From contig CAWHAE010000010.1 in the NCBI GenBank assembly GCA_963827235.1, positions 832,001-896,000 on the forward strand: a stretch of DNA of 64,000 bases, given 5' to 3'. A program made the translations under genes and the position numbers. Positions 1 to 9,787 of this stretch are shown here, piece after piece. The stretch comes from an uncultured bacterium. Its GTDB lineage: Bacteria > Chloroflexota > UBA5177 > JANWHV01. Every line of letters begins with the position of its first letter. The first letter of the stretch is position 1. Below the pieces are notes generated by a model that made no database searches, had not been told where the DNA came from, and saw nothing but the letters and a program-made list of their open reading frames with translations.

Positions 1-21
1 TTACCATCGGATCGTCCGTAC

Positions 22-35
22 CCGTAACGATTTGG
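22..35 (+). promoter_or_regulatory. LacI-family operator (autoregulatory) CCGTAACGATTTGG
   Basis: Imperfect palindrome with central CG, matching the sites at 5511 and 5901; lies 14 nt downstream of -10-like TACCAT (2-7). Confidence 0.6.
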
Positions 36-45
36 AAGCAGCTCC

Positions 46-1062
46 ATGGCCACGCTCAAGGATGTAGCGCGCGAATCCGGCCTCTCCGTGACTACCGTCT
101 CGCGTGCCCTCAACAATCACTTCGACGTCTCGGCGCAAACGCGCGAGCACGTGGCGCGTGTGGCTGCCATGCTCGGCTACCATCCCAACCAGATCGCGCG
201 GAGCCTTCAAGGCACCCGCGCCAATGCGATCGGCCTGGTTATACCCACGCTCGTGCATCGTTACCTCGACAGCTTCTGGCTGGAATTCATCGGCGGTGTG
301 ACCTCAGTATGCGGCGAGACGGGATTCGACCTCGTGCTTTCTGCAGGCAAAGACCTCCGGGACGAGTATGCTCAGTACCAGCGATTGGTCAGCTCGCGGC
401 GCGTGGACGGCGTCATCATCTGCGACGTGCGCGTGCGCGATCCGCGGATCTCGCTGCTGAGCCAGGGAGACGCGACCCTGGTCGCCTTCGGCCGCGCTTT
501 GGCGGAAGACGGCTACTCGTGGGTGGACGTTGACGGCGCGAGCGGCGTCCGTATGGCGGTGGAGCATCTGCTCGGGCTCGGACACCGCCGTATCGCCTAT
601 CTGGGCACACCGCGGGCGTTCTCGTTCTCGCACTTCCGCTTCGAAGGTTATCTGCAGGCACTCTTTGTAGCCGGCATCGCGCTGGATACCTCTCTGGTGG
701 TGGAAGACCTCGACGTCGGAAGCGAGGTGGATAGCCCGGTTCAGGCCCTGATGGCGCTCGAGACTCCGCCCACCGCCATCGTGGCCTGCGCCGATTTCGT
801 CGCCATCGCGGCCCTGCGGGCGCTGCGCGCGAAGGGCAAGCGAGTGCCGCAAGACGTGTCGCTGGTTGCCTTCGACGACACGCTGGCCACGCTGCAGGCG
901 GATCCGCCGCTGACGTGCGTGCGACAGGATAACCATGTGGTCGGGAGGCAGATAGCTTCGACCCTGACCAGCGAACTGCGAGGCGACGCCCAACCGCCGG
1001 TTCATATACTGATACAGCCCGAGCTGATCGTGCGGGAGTCTACTGCGGCTCTCCGTCGATGA
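46..1062 (+). CDS. LacI-family transcriptional regulator
   Basis: N-terminal HTH TLKDVARESGLSVTTVSRALN, hinge YHPNQIARSL, periplasmic-binding-protein-like sensor domain, C-terminal LIVREST. Confidence 0.97.
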   Translation: MATLKDVARESGLSVTTVSRALNNHFDVSAQTREHVARVAAMLGYHPNQIARSLQGTRANAIGLVIPTLVHRYLDSFWLEFIGGVTSVCGETGFDLVLSAGKDLRDEYAQYQRLVSSRRVDGVIICDVRVRDPRISLLSQGDATLVAFGRALAEDGYSWVDVDGASGVRMAVEHLLGLGHRRIAYLGTPRAFSFSHFRFEGYLQALFVAGIALDTSLVVEDLDVGSEVDSPVQALMALETPPTAIVACADFVAIAALRALRAKGKRVPQDVSLVAFDDTLATLQADPPLTCVRQDNHVVGRQIASTLTSELRGDAQPPVHILIQPELIVRESTAALRR

Positions 1063-3158
1063 GCGAGCTGCCCAGCTATCACCAGTTCATGGGCAACGGC
1101 ATCGACGCCGTCCTGATAGGCCCTTCCGGCGCCATGTCTGCCGATCCCGCGCGCGGCCTGGACCGCTGCTACTGGTATAAGGCAGATCTCTACTACGCGG
1201 ACGAGCGTACGTACATCGAGGGACAAGACCCCTTTGTCTTCGCCGCCTCCCCTCCTGGGGGTACTATCTTCCAGCTGGCGCCGCTGGCGCGAACCTGGTA
1301 CGAGGTCCTCGGCCCGTCCGGCGAGCCCCTGACGCTTTCGGCGGCCGAGCAGCGCTTCGATCCCACTACCGGAGCTCTCGTAACGGTCGCCCACTTTGGC
1401 TCACGACGTGTCGAGCTGAGCACGGGGCTCTCGGAAACGCTCCCGGCGCTGTGTTTCGATCTCCGCGCGGGCGAGGCACTCCGCGTGCGGGCACGTGCCG
1501 ATGCGGGTCTGTGGCCGGAGGACAGCGCGCAATCGACTCCGGTGAGTGCCTTAACCGGTGCTCGAGACGGGCGCAACGGCCTAGCGTTTGCCGTTGGAGA
1601 TGTTACCTGTAGCCTCCATCTCGTGCCGGCCGTGACCGAGGCGTGCTCCGCGGACAACCGGACCGTCATGGGCCGCGACGGCCGGGGCTTGTGGGCGGAC
1701 ATGACCGGCACACACGTGCGGTGGTGGACGGTGCTGGAAAGCTCTCGTTACGCCGAGGAGCATGAAGCCCACCTGAGGCTGCCTGCAGCTCCCCTTCCGC
1801 ACCTCGGGCTGGAATCGCACGGGCCAGATAATGCCACGCGCGGGCACGCGATTGATATTCCGGATCCCGACTACGCGCGCTTGCACGAGTTCAGCATGTA
1901 CATGTTTCGCGCCATCCAGCACCGTCATTCGGGCGGGATACCGGTCAACAATCTGCGTCGAACCTACAACTCGCACGTGTTCTGGGACGGGGCCTTCGTT
2001 CAGAGGGCGTTGCTGGAAGCCGGCCACGTCGCGCCGGCACGAGAAGCATGGCGGTTCCTCGGTCGCACCCGTCAGGCGGCGGCGGCCAACGCTCGGGCGA
2101 CGTTCGGCAGCTCCGGCCTGCACTGGGACTGGGAGACGACTCACGCCGGAGCGCGAGCCTACGTCCCCTTCATGCACAACCGATTCCAGGTGCACAACAC
2201 GCCCCTGCTCGCGCACATGATTCTGGCTGATTTCCGTGCCACCCGCGATTTTGGCGCGCTGGCGGAAGGCTACGACCTGCTCGCCGGAGCCGCGACGTTC
2301 GTGCTGGATACCGTCCTGGTCGAAAGCCTCGGCGCGCTCACCACGCGACCACTGGTTGGCTCGAGCGAGGCGGAAGCCCTGGTGGTCGACGACGGCGCCA
2401 CGGTGGCGGCTTGTCTGCGACTGGTCAAGGACGTGGCGCTGGCGGCGCGGATACTCGATCGGCAGGACGCGTTGAGCCGCAGCTGCCGATCGGCCGCCGC
2501 CCGGCTGCGGCCGGCCCTGGCGCGCCTGTTCAACGGCCGCTATTTCCAGGCTACCGGCGTGGACGATCGGCTGAACACGAGCTCCCTGGCACCGATGTAT
2601 CCCGCCGACATCGTGTCGCCGGTCGATCCTCGTGCCCTGGTCACCGCGCAGGCCTATCGGGAGCGCTACGCGGGCCGCATGGCCGGCCACGGCAACGGCG
2701 AGACCGGGTTCCCGTGGTCGGCCGGCGTCCTGGCGCGGATCCTGGCGTATCAGGGCCGCGCCGACGCTGCCTGGGAACAGCTCGACCTGGCTCGTGGCGC
2801 CCTCTGCGCCCAGGGAGGCAGCGCGGAATACGTGGACGAGCACGGAGGTTGGAACATGCAGTACTTCAGTACTGCCCAGGCGACGCTCTGCAGCGCAGTG
2901 CACGCACTGCTCTTGCAGCAGCACGGTGCCGAGCTGCGGTTGTTCCCGGCCGTGCCGCCCGCGTGGTCGCGGTGCGCATTTTCCGGCTTCCTGGCGGCCG
3001 GCTTGTCGCTTGACGCCTCCTACGAGGTGGGCCGAGTCGCAGTGAGCGTGCGCAACGTGACAGGTGCAGGGCGACGTGCGCTGCTGCGTGCCGGCTCGAG
3101 AACCGCCACACTCGATCTGGCGCCCGGAGCGTCTCGCACACTCAGCCTGGCGCAGTGA
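1059..3158 (+). CDS. Divergent GH65-like (alpha/alpha)6-barrel glycoside hydrolase
   Basis: YNSHVFWD (cf. GH65 GHxFWD), VGSSE (cf. GPDE acid), C-terminal SAE...YFSTAQ and LFPAVPPAW; ATGA overlap with the LacI gene. Confidence 0.65.
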   Translation: MSELPSYHQFMGNGIDAVLIGPSGAMSADPARGLDRCYWYKADLYYADERTYIEGQDPFVFAASPPGGTIFQLAPLARTWYEVLGPSGEPLTLSAAEQRFDPTTGALVTVAHFGSRRVELSTGLSETLPALCFDLRAGEALRVRARADAGLWPEDSAQSTPVSALTGARDGRNGLAFAVGDVTCSLHLVPAVTEACSADNRTVMGRDGRGLWADMTGTHVRWWTVLESSRYAEEHEAHLRLPAAPLPHLGLESHGPDNATRGHAIDIPDPDYARLHEFSMYMFRAIQHRHSGGIPVNNLRRTYNSHVFWDGAFVQRALLEAGHVAPAREAWRFLGRTRQAAAANARATFGSSGLHWDWETTHAGARAYVPFMHNRFQVHNTPLLAHMILADFRATRDFGALAEGYDLLAGAATFVLDTVLVESLGALTTRPLVGSSEAEALVVDDGATVAACLRLVKDVALAARILDRQDALSRSCRSAAARLRPALARLFNGRYFQATGVDDRLNTSSLAPMYPADIVSPVDPRALVTAQAYRERYAGRMAGHGNGETGFPWSAGVLARILAYQGRADAAWEQLDLARGALCAQGGSAEYVDEHGGWNMQYFSTAQATLCSAVHALLLQQHGAELRLFPAVPPAWSRCAFSGFLAAGLSLDASYEVGRVAVSVRNVTGAGRRALLRAGSRTATLDLAPGASRTLSLAQ

Positions 3159-3207
3159 GCGCGATCGGATGACCGGCCCCGTGGGTCCGCCCGACCATCT
3201 CCAATAC

Positions 3208-5394
3208 TCAGTCAGGGCGGATGTCCACGGACTGCGGCTCTCCGCGATAGACAAACTTGAAGGCCAGGCGTTTCCAGTGACGAGGCAGCCTCGGCGTGAT
3301 CTGCCAGCCGCGAGGTGTCAGGCGCAGGCCGGCGAATCCGAAGGCAATTGCTTGCCAGGTGCCGGCCGCAGACGCACCATGGATGCCGTCGTCCGCGTTG
3401 CCGCGCACGTCGTACATGTCGGCGTGAGCGGCGCGGATGAAGTGCTCGTAGGCTTCGTCGGGATCGCCGACGTCGCAGGCCATGATCGCCGTGATCGCCG
3501 GCCCGAGCGAGGAACCGTAGGCGTGGTCGGTGCGCGGCGTGTAGTAGCGGTAGTTGACGTCTACCACGGCGTCGCTGTACTCAGAGCGCAGGAGGTACAG
3601 CAGCATGAGCACGTCCGGCTGCTTGATCCCCTGCATCTGGTTTGCGCCGGCGATACCCAGCGTCTGCTGGAACGACTTTCCCAGCAACTGCAGCGCCGTG
3701 GCGTCGACCTCCGGCAGCCGGAAGTAGCCCTCGAACTGTTCGATCAGGCCGTCCGGCTGCATCGGCATGTAGAGAGCGTCGATCACGTGCCGCCAATGCT
3801 GAATCCGCTCGGCACTCAGATCGAGCTCAGTCGCTAGCTGTTCCGCCTTGGCCGGCACGCGTTGCCCCAGCCACTCCAGCACATACAGGGCGGTGCGCAG
3901 ATTCCACTGGGCCATGCGATTGGTATAGAAGTTGTTATCGACGTGCTCGTGATACTCGTCCGGCCCGATCACGTCGCGATACTCGTAGCGGCCGGTCTCG
4001 CCGCTCGGATGCCACTCGGCCCGCGACGCCCAGAACTTTGCGGTGTCCAGAATGAGCTCGGCACCCTTCTCAACAAGCCAGCCGTCGTCTCCGGTCACTC
4101 GCCAATACTGGAAGGCGGCGTAGGCGACGTCGGCCGAGATGTGGATCTCAATGTCACCGGTCCAGATCCGCACCATCCTGGTGACGTCGGCGTAGTGGGG
4201 CACCCATGTAGGCGTCACTTCTTCGCCTGTGTCGGCGCTCTCCCATGGGAACCAAGCTCCCTCGTAGCCGCCGGCACGCGCCTTCTGCCGAGCGCCCGGC
4301 AGATGTCGCCAGCGGTACGTGAGCAGATTGCGAGCCACGCTCGGCAGCGTGAAGGTGAAGAGAGGCAGCATAAAGATCTCGGTGTCCCAGAAGGCATGGC
4401 CGCGGTAGCCGAAGCCCGACAGTGTCTTCGCCCCGATATTGACGCGATCATCGTGGCGGGGAGCGGCAATAACCATCTGGAAGAGGTTGAAGCGAATCGC
4501 AAGCTGCGCGTCGTCGTCGCCTTCGATTGTCACGTCGACACGACTCCACTCGTCGTGCCACGCATGCGCTTGCTCGGCAAGTGCCGCTGCCCAGCCTCGC
4601 GTCACGAGCACACGGTCGCAGGCCGCGCCGACCAATTCCGCGGCGGGCATGTCGCGCGAGGTATAGATCGATACGCTCTTCTCGATCACCAGCGGCTCGC
4701 CGGGGGCCGCGTCGAGGGAGATCACCCGGCTGGGCAGCATCGGCTGATCCCACATCTCGTCCGCGGTCACTTCGCCGCCCGCGACCACGACCCGCATGGC
4801 GGCGGCGAGCACGACGTCTGTCGTGCTCGTGCGCGTGACGAGGTACGTACTGCCGTCCCGATCGCCCTGCTCGAGCAGGTGCCAGTGCTGGAGGCGATAG
4901 CTTCCGCGGTCGAAGTCGGTGGTGGCGTAGCCGTTGAGACCACACCGCACCTGCACGCTCCCCCCGGTCTCCAGGGTCACGGTGCAACGAAGCATCAGCA
5001 GGTGCTCATCTGCCAGGGAGGCAAAACGCTCGAACCTGAGCGCCACAAGCCTGCCCAGGGGCGATCGCCAGCGCAGCGTGCGTGTCAGCGTGCCGGTAGA
5101 CAGGTCCAGGCGCTGCTCGAAAGCGTCGACAGCGCCTGTTGCCAGGCTGAACGGCTCGCCGTCGATCACGAGATCCAGTGGAAGCCAGTCCGGGGCGTTG
5201 GCCAGCTCAGTCCTGACGATAGGCGCGTAATCGAAGACACCGTGTACGAGCGTGGCCCGCCGATCGCCGGGATACGCTTCTTCGAAGGCGCCGCGCGTGC
5301 AGAGGTAGCCGTTGCCGATAGTGAAGATCGTTTCGCGGTGAAGCAAGCTGTTCGGGTCGAAGCCCTCCTTCACCAGCGTCCACGAATCGGACAT
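3208..5394 (-). CDS. GH65 glycoside phosphorylase (kojibiose/trehalose/maltose phosphorylase family)
   Basis: ETIFTIGNGYL, GYRGHAFWDTE, VIGPDEYHEHVDNN, KQPDV, GSSLG, GIHGA motifs; ATG at 5394 chosen as start. Confidence 0.93.
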   Translation of the reverse strand: MSDSWTLVKEGFDPNSLLHRETIFTIGNGYLCTRGAFEEAYPGDRRATLVHGVFDYAPIVRTELANAPDWLPLDLVIDGEPFSLATGAVDAFEQRLDLSTGTLTRTLRWRSPLGRLVALRFERFASLADEHLLMLRCTVTLETGGSVQVRCGLNGYATTDFDRGSYRLQHWHLLEQGDRDGSTYLVTRTSTTDVVLAAAMRVVVAGGEVTADEMWDQPMLPSRVISLDAAPGEPLVIEKSVSIYTSRDMPAAELVGAACDRVLVTRGWAAALAEQAHAWHDEWSRVDVTIEGDDDAQLAIRFNLFQMVIAAPRHDDRVNIGAKTLSGFGYRGHAFWDTEIFMLPLFTFTLPSVARNLLTYRWRHLPGARQKARAGGYEGAWFPWESADTGEEVTPTWVPHYADVTRMVRIWTGDIEIHISADVAYAAFQYWRVTGDDGWLVEKGAELILDTAKFWASRAEWHPSGETGRYEYRDVIGPDEYHEHVDNNFYTNRMAQWNLRTALYVLEWLGQRVPAKAEQLATELDLSAERIQHWRHVIDALYMPMQPDGLIEQFEGYFRLPEVDATALQLLGKSFQQTLGIAGANQMQGIKQPDVLMLLYLLRSEYSDAVVDVNYRYYTPRTDHAYGSSLGPAITAIMACDVGDPDEAYEHFIRAAHADMYDVRGNADDGIHGASAAGTWQAIAFGFAGLRLTPRGWQITPRLPRHWKRLAFKFVYRGEPQSVDIRPD

Positions 5395-5510
5395 GAACAC
5401 CCGCCTTTCCAACCGGCCCTCCGGTAGAGACAGCTACCGATCGCGCCGGCACGGCACCGGTCGCGGACGCGGTCCCAGCACGCGACCGCAGCACCGGTTG
5501 CCGGGCTCAT

Positions 5511-5524
5511 CCGAAACGATTCGG
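5511..5524. promoter_or_regulatory. LacI-family operator CCGAAACGATTCGG
   Basis: Near-perfect palindrome just downstream of the minus-strand promoter of the GH65 phosphorylase. Confidence 0.75.
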
Positions 5525-5540
5525 CTTCTTGGCAGCTCGC

Positions 5541-5569
5541 ATGATAGTCTGCTGATAGGTGATTGTCAA
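5541..5569 (-). promoter_or_regulatory. sigma70 promoter of the GH65 phosphorylase gene
   Basis: TTGACA-N17-TATCAT on the minus strand. Confidence 0.8.
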
Positions 5570-5857
5570 CCGGGCATCGCGCTCTCCGGGGCAGGAAACG
5601 GGCTGCGTCAGCTCGCCGATCGACCCCACGGAGATGAGTCTCATTCCACCGTACTCGACTCCACCTCGCCCCGCGTCGGGCCGCAGTGCGGCTAGAGGAA
5701 CCGCGTTTCCTCTGGAAACCGCCGCCCTCTCGCCTTCGAGCGCGCTCTTGCGGCCACGGCATGGCAGCTCTTCAGACGTGACCGGCTTCGCCACGGCCTT
5801 GCCGTCCAGGCCGCCACCGCACCTGCAATTGTTCGGCGTGCCCGCACCGCCAGGGGC

Positions 5858-5886
5858 TTGACATCCACGCGCTCGGCGCCTATTGT
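5858..5886 (+). promoter_or_regulatory. sigma70 promoter of the sugar ABC operon
   Basis: TTGACA-N17-TATTGT. Confidence 0.75.
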
Positions 5887-5900
5887 AGTGGGCACAAGGG

Positions 5901-5914
5901 CTGAAGCGTTTCGG
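5901..5914. promoter_or_regulatory. LacI-family operator CTGAAGCGTTTCGG
   Basis: Same consensus as the sites at 5511 and 22; 14 nt downstream of the -10 box. Confidence 0.7.
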
Positions 5915-6340
5915 AAGCGAGCAGCCTGGGCTCGCTCGAAGTGCCACGAAAGCAAGCGCGAGGTGGTCCGCATCGGCATCGGTTGTAGGGTACTGTGGTA
6001 AGTTGGGGAGAGTGTCCATGCCTCCGACTCGCGCCACCCACGCACCTTGGCTTCCGCTCAGCATTCCCGTTCACGCGCCGTCTCGAACCACTACACCGCC
6101 GCGCGAAGCCCCGGACACGACCACATGCGCTGCCCCGGCGGGCCCCAAGCAGGCTGGCCGCTCCACTCGGAAGGTGCTTTCGCCCTACCGCTGCCTCCTC
6201 CGGCCGGTCTCACCTCCGCTGCCGCCAGGCCATGCTCTTGCCGTTTCCGAAGTGGATGAGCAAGAAGGGAGAACGTTGCGCACACAGACGTCTCAACTCG
6301 CCGGCATCAATCCCTAGCTGTTCGTTTTGGAGGTGACTAC

Positions 6341-7642
6341 GTGAACACCGTGAAGATCCTGATGAGTGCGGCAGTGATCGCGGCGCTTGTCGTGCCGGCG
6401 TCGGCACAGCACCCGGGCAGCGCTCTTGCCGCGGCAGGCAAGTGCACCGGCACGCGCGTTGGGCTCAACGTTTCGGGCTGGAGCGGCGCCGACCAGGAAG
6501 GCGACATGGTCCAGCACGAGCTCAGCATGTTCGAAGCTCAGAACCCCTGCATCACTACCTACTTCAGTCCCATTCCCAGCGACTATCAGAAGAAGATCCA
6601 GACCGAGTTTGCCGCCAACGCCGAGCCGGACGTCATGTACATCAGCCCCGACATGACCTACAACGAGGGCAAGGGCGGCAAGCTGCTCGACCTGACGCCG
6701 TACCTTGCCAAGGACGGCGTGAGTCTCGGCCAGTACATCCAATCGCTGCTCAAAGAGTTCCAGATCGGGAACAAGGTCTACGGTTTGCCGAAGGACTGGG
6801 GCACGCTGGGCATCTTCTACAACAAGTCGATCTTCGACGCCAAACACATCGCGTACCCGTCGAACAACTTGACCTGGGACCAGTTCCGCACCCTGGCCAA
6901 GCAGCTCACTACCCAGGCCAGCAATTCCGCTAACACAATATACGGCACGATGATGCCCGAAGACTGGGCCCGCTTCGCCGCAGTCGCGTACGCCTTCGGC
7001 ACCGGCCTCATCGACCCGCTCACCGGCAAGGTGGAGTTCAACAACGCCAATGCCGTCAAGGCCCTCGACTTCTACACGAGCTTCCAGTTGGCCGACCACT
7101 CGGCGACCGTCCCCAGCACGGTCGGCGATGGCTGGCAGGGCGATAGCTTCGGTAAAGGCAAGGTCGCCATGGTGATCGAGGGCGGCTGGCTCACGCCCTA
7201 CCTGCGCAGCACGTACCCCAAGATCAAGTTCGGCGTAGCCCAGATTCCGGTAGGCCCTGCCGGACGCGCCGACCCGCTCTTCACCAACGCGTGGGGCGTC
7301 TCCGCCGATACGGTCAAAGCAGGCAGCGACAAGGCCGCCGTCAAGCTGGCGGAGTTCCTGTCGGGTCCGGTCGTTCAGAAGTACCAGACTGACATCGGAT
7401 TCTCCCTGCCCACGATCAGCTCGCTGGCATCCGACCCCTACATCAAGTCCCATCCGGAGGCCGCCAACCTGTTCAATTCCGGCCCCTACGGCAAGATCGG
7501 CGACTTCGGCACATACGATACTGTCGGTCAGAAGGCGCTCACCGATGCCATCACCGCCGTGCTCCTTGGCAAGGCTACGCCGCAGAAAGCCATTGCCAAC
7601 GCGGCCAACTACATCCAGAGCCAGGAGACCTCGGTGCCGTAG
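6341..7642 (+). CDS. Sugar ABC transporter substrate-binding protein (CUT1 family)
   Basis: GGAGG RBS, signal peptide, YGLPKDWGTLGIFYNK and FGKGKVAM motifs. Confidence 0.95.
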   Translation: MNTVKILMSAAVIAALVVPASAQHPGSALAAAGKCTGTRVGLNVSGWSGADQEGDMVQHELSMFEAQNPCITTYFSPIPSDYQKKIQTEFAANAEPDVMYISPDMTYNEGKGGKLLDLTPYLAKDGVSLGQYIQSLLKEFQIGNKVYGLPKDWGTLGIFYNKSIFDAKHIAYPSNNLTWDQFRTLAKQLTTQASNSANTIYGTMMPEDWARFAAVAYAFGTGLIDPLTGKVEFNNANAVKALDFYTSFQLADHSATVPSTVGDGWQGDSFGKGKVAMVIEGGWLTPYLRSTYPKIKFGVAQIPVGPAGRADPLFTNAWGVSADTVKAGSDKAAVKLAEFLSGPVVQKYQTDIGFSLPTISSLASDPYIKSHPEAANLFNSGPYGKIGDFGTYDTVGQKALTDAITAVLLGKATPQKAIANAANYIQSQETSVP

Positions 7643-7662
7643 CGCCGCCGCCGCACGGACGA

Positions 7663-8712
7663 GTGCAATTCGCCCCTACTCATCGTCGGCCCAGGCTGCC
7701 GGAGGTCCTGACAAGGTCTCCGGCAGCCGTCCAGCCAGGGAGCGACACAGATGCAAGCCAAACTGCCGCGGGCAGTCGACTGTCCAGCCATTGTCGGCTA
7801 AACCAGCGCTCCAGCCTGCGCAAGCGCCTTCGCGCCAACCTCACCGCCTATTTGTTTCTGGCTCCTTACCTCTTCGTGCTCTGTGTCTTCACCCTGGGAG
7901 CCTCCGTCTATGGCCTGGCACTGAGCTTCACGCACTACAACTACGGCATCGAGCCGGGGCCCAGATGGATCGGCTTCGCCAACTTTGATTATCTGTGGAA
8001 TCAGTTTCTCAATAACCGTGACAACTTCGACTTCTCCATCGGCCTCGCGAATGCCTTCAAGTACGCCTTCTTCGTCATTATCGGGCAGACCGTGCTCGCG
8101 CTCGGCTACGCTCTCCTCTTGAACGTGCCATTTCGGGGACGGTCCTTCGCGCGCACGGCGATCTACCTGCCCTCGGTTACGTCGTCGGTGGCCGTCTCGC
8201 TGATTTTCATCTTCCTCTACAACAAGGGCGGCGCCATCAACGCCTTCCTTTCTATCTTCCACATCTCCGGCCCGAACTGGCTCAACGATACGGCGACGGC
8301 GCTGCCCGCGATCATGCTCATGAACATCTACACGACGGCACCCACGTTCATGGTGCTGTTCCTGGCCGCGCTGCAGGGCATGCCGACGTCCCTTTACGAA
8401 GCCGCCAAGGTAGACGGCGCAAATGGCCTGGCCCTGTTCCGCCACATCACGCTGCCGTTGTTACGTCCGACGATGTTCATGATCGTCGCCCTGGGCACCA
8501 TCGGATCCTTGCAGGTGTTCGATCAGATCAAGGTGATGACGAGCGGCGGGCCGCTCAATGCCACTATGATGCCCGTCTACAGTATCTACGACGAGGCGTT
8601 CAACCAGGGGCGCTTCGGCCTTGCGTCCTCCATGGCGGCGGTGCTCTTCGTGATCATCCTGGCGATCACTGCAGTGCAGCGACGCTTCATTGATGCGACA
8701 GTCCAGTATTGA
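7663..8712 (+). CDS. Sugar ABC transporter permease (start uncertain)
   Basis: Several TM segments; EAA loop LYEAAKVDGA. Confidence 0.93.
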   Translation: MQFAPTHRRPRLPEVLTRSPAAVQPGSDTDASQTAAGSRLSSHCRLNQRSSLRKRLRANLTAYLFLAPYLFVLCVFTLGASVYGLALSFTHYNYGIEPGPRWIGFANFDYLWNQFLNNRDNFDFSIGLANAFKYAFFVIIGQTVLALGYALLLNVPFRGRSFARTAIYLPSVTSSVAVSLIFIFLYNKGGAINAFLSIFHISGPNWLNDTATALPAIMLMNIYTTAPTFMVLFLAALQGMPTSLYEAAKVDGANGLALFRHITLPLLRPTMFMIVALGTIGSLQVFDQIKVMTSGGPLNATMMPVYSIYDEAFNQGRFGLASSMAAVLFVIILAITAVQRRFIDATVQY

Positions 8713-8727
8713 GTGGAGGGCATGACC

Positions 8728-9633
8728 ATGGCTAGCGAGCCCGGAACCGGACTAGTCGCAAAAGGTACGTCGACGTTGGCCGTATCGCCGCGGGTGCTGC
8801 GCAAGTTCACGCTTATCTACGCGTTGCTTGCAGTCTGCGGCTTCGTCGCCCTGGCGCCGTTTATCTTTGCCTCGCTCTCGGCCTTCAAGACGGCTGACAC
8901 CGTACTAGAGTATCCTCCCAGAATCTTTCCCCACCCCTGGACCTGGTCGAACATCACCTCCCTGTTCAATAGCAACATTAGCGACGTGTTCTTCGTCCGG
9001 TGGCTCGTCAACAGCCTGGTCTACGCGGCGGCCATCATGTCCCTCAATCTGGTCTTCAGCTCCATGGCAGCTTTCGCCCTGGCACGGCTGGACTTCCGTG
9101 GCAAAACCCTCTGGTTCTGGGTCACGCTGTCCGTGATGATGATTCCCGGCCAGATCAACTGGATCAGCGTGTACATCATCCTGCGCAACTTCGGTCCCTT
9201 CAATCTGATCAACACCTACTGGGCGATCATTCTGCCGGCGGCGGCGCAGCCGTTTTCCGTCTTCCTGCTCACGCAGTTCCTCAAAGGCTTGCCGGTTGAG
9301 ATCGAAGAAGCGGCGACCATCGACGGCGCGAACCGCTTCCGTGTCTATTGGCAAATCATTCTGCCCATGGCCAAGCCGGCAATGGTAGCAGCGGGCATTC
9401 TGAGCTTCCAGGGAGCATGGAACATGTTCATCCAGCCACTGCTCTACCTTGACGACCCGCACAAGTTCCCGCTCACCGTGGGCTTGCAGTTCTTCAACGG
9501 CCAATATGCCGGGCACACGAATCTGATCCTGGCAGGCGCCCTCTTCAATACTGTGCCCATGGTGATCATCTTCTTCGTCTTCCAGCGCTACTTCATCCAG
9601 GGCGCCGCCACCAGCGGCCTGGCGGGACGCTAA
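8728..9633 (+). CDS. Sugar ABC transporter permease
   Basis: EAA loop IEEAATIDGA; C-terminal FQRYFIQG; GGAGG RBS. Confidence 0.95.
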   Translation: MASEPGTGLVAKGTSTLAVSPRVLRKFTLIYALLAVCGFVALAPFIFASLSAFKTADTVLEYPPRIFPHPWTWSNITSLFNSNISDVFFVRWLVNSLVYAAAIMSLNLVFSSMAAFALARLDFRGKTLWFWVTLSVMMIPGQINWISVYIILRNFGPFNLINTYWAIILPAAAQPFSVFLLTQFLKGLPVEIEEAATIDGANRFRVYWQIILPMAKPAMVAAGILSFQGAWNMFIQPLLYLDDPHKFPLTVGLQFFNGQYAGHTNLILAGALFNTVPMVIIFFVFQRYFIQGAATSGLAGR

Positions 9634-9787
9634 TACTACAGCGACATTTCCGTTCTCGGCTTCTTGGCTGTCTCTCGAGACAGCGAGCGAAAAGTCTGCC
9701 TCACGCGGCAGGCCTCCAGACGAGGCAGGGCTACATCTCACTGCAGTACCAACAATCATTGGACCCAAGAGTGTACGCCAAGGCAGA

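Noticed and set aside
1581-5427. Long antisense ORFs (e.g. 1581-3254 minus, 3862-5427 plus) and many similar ones elsewhere
   Set aside because: Shadows of real genes caused by high-GC codon bias; no recognisable motifs
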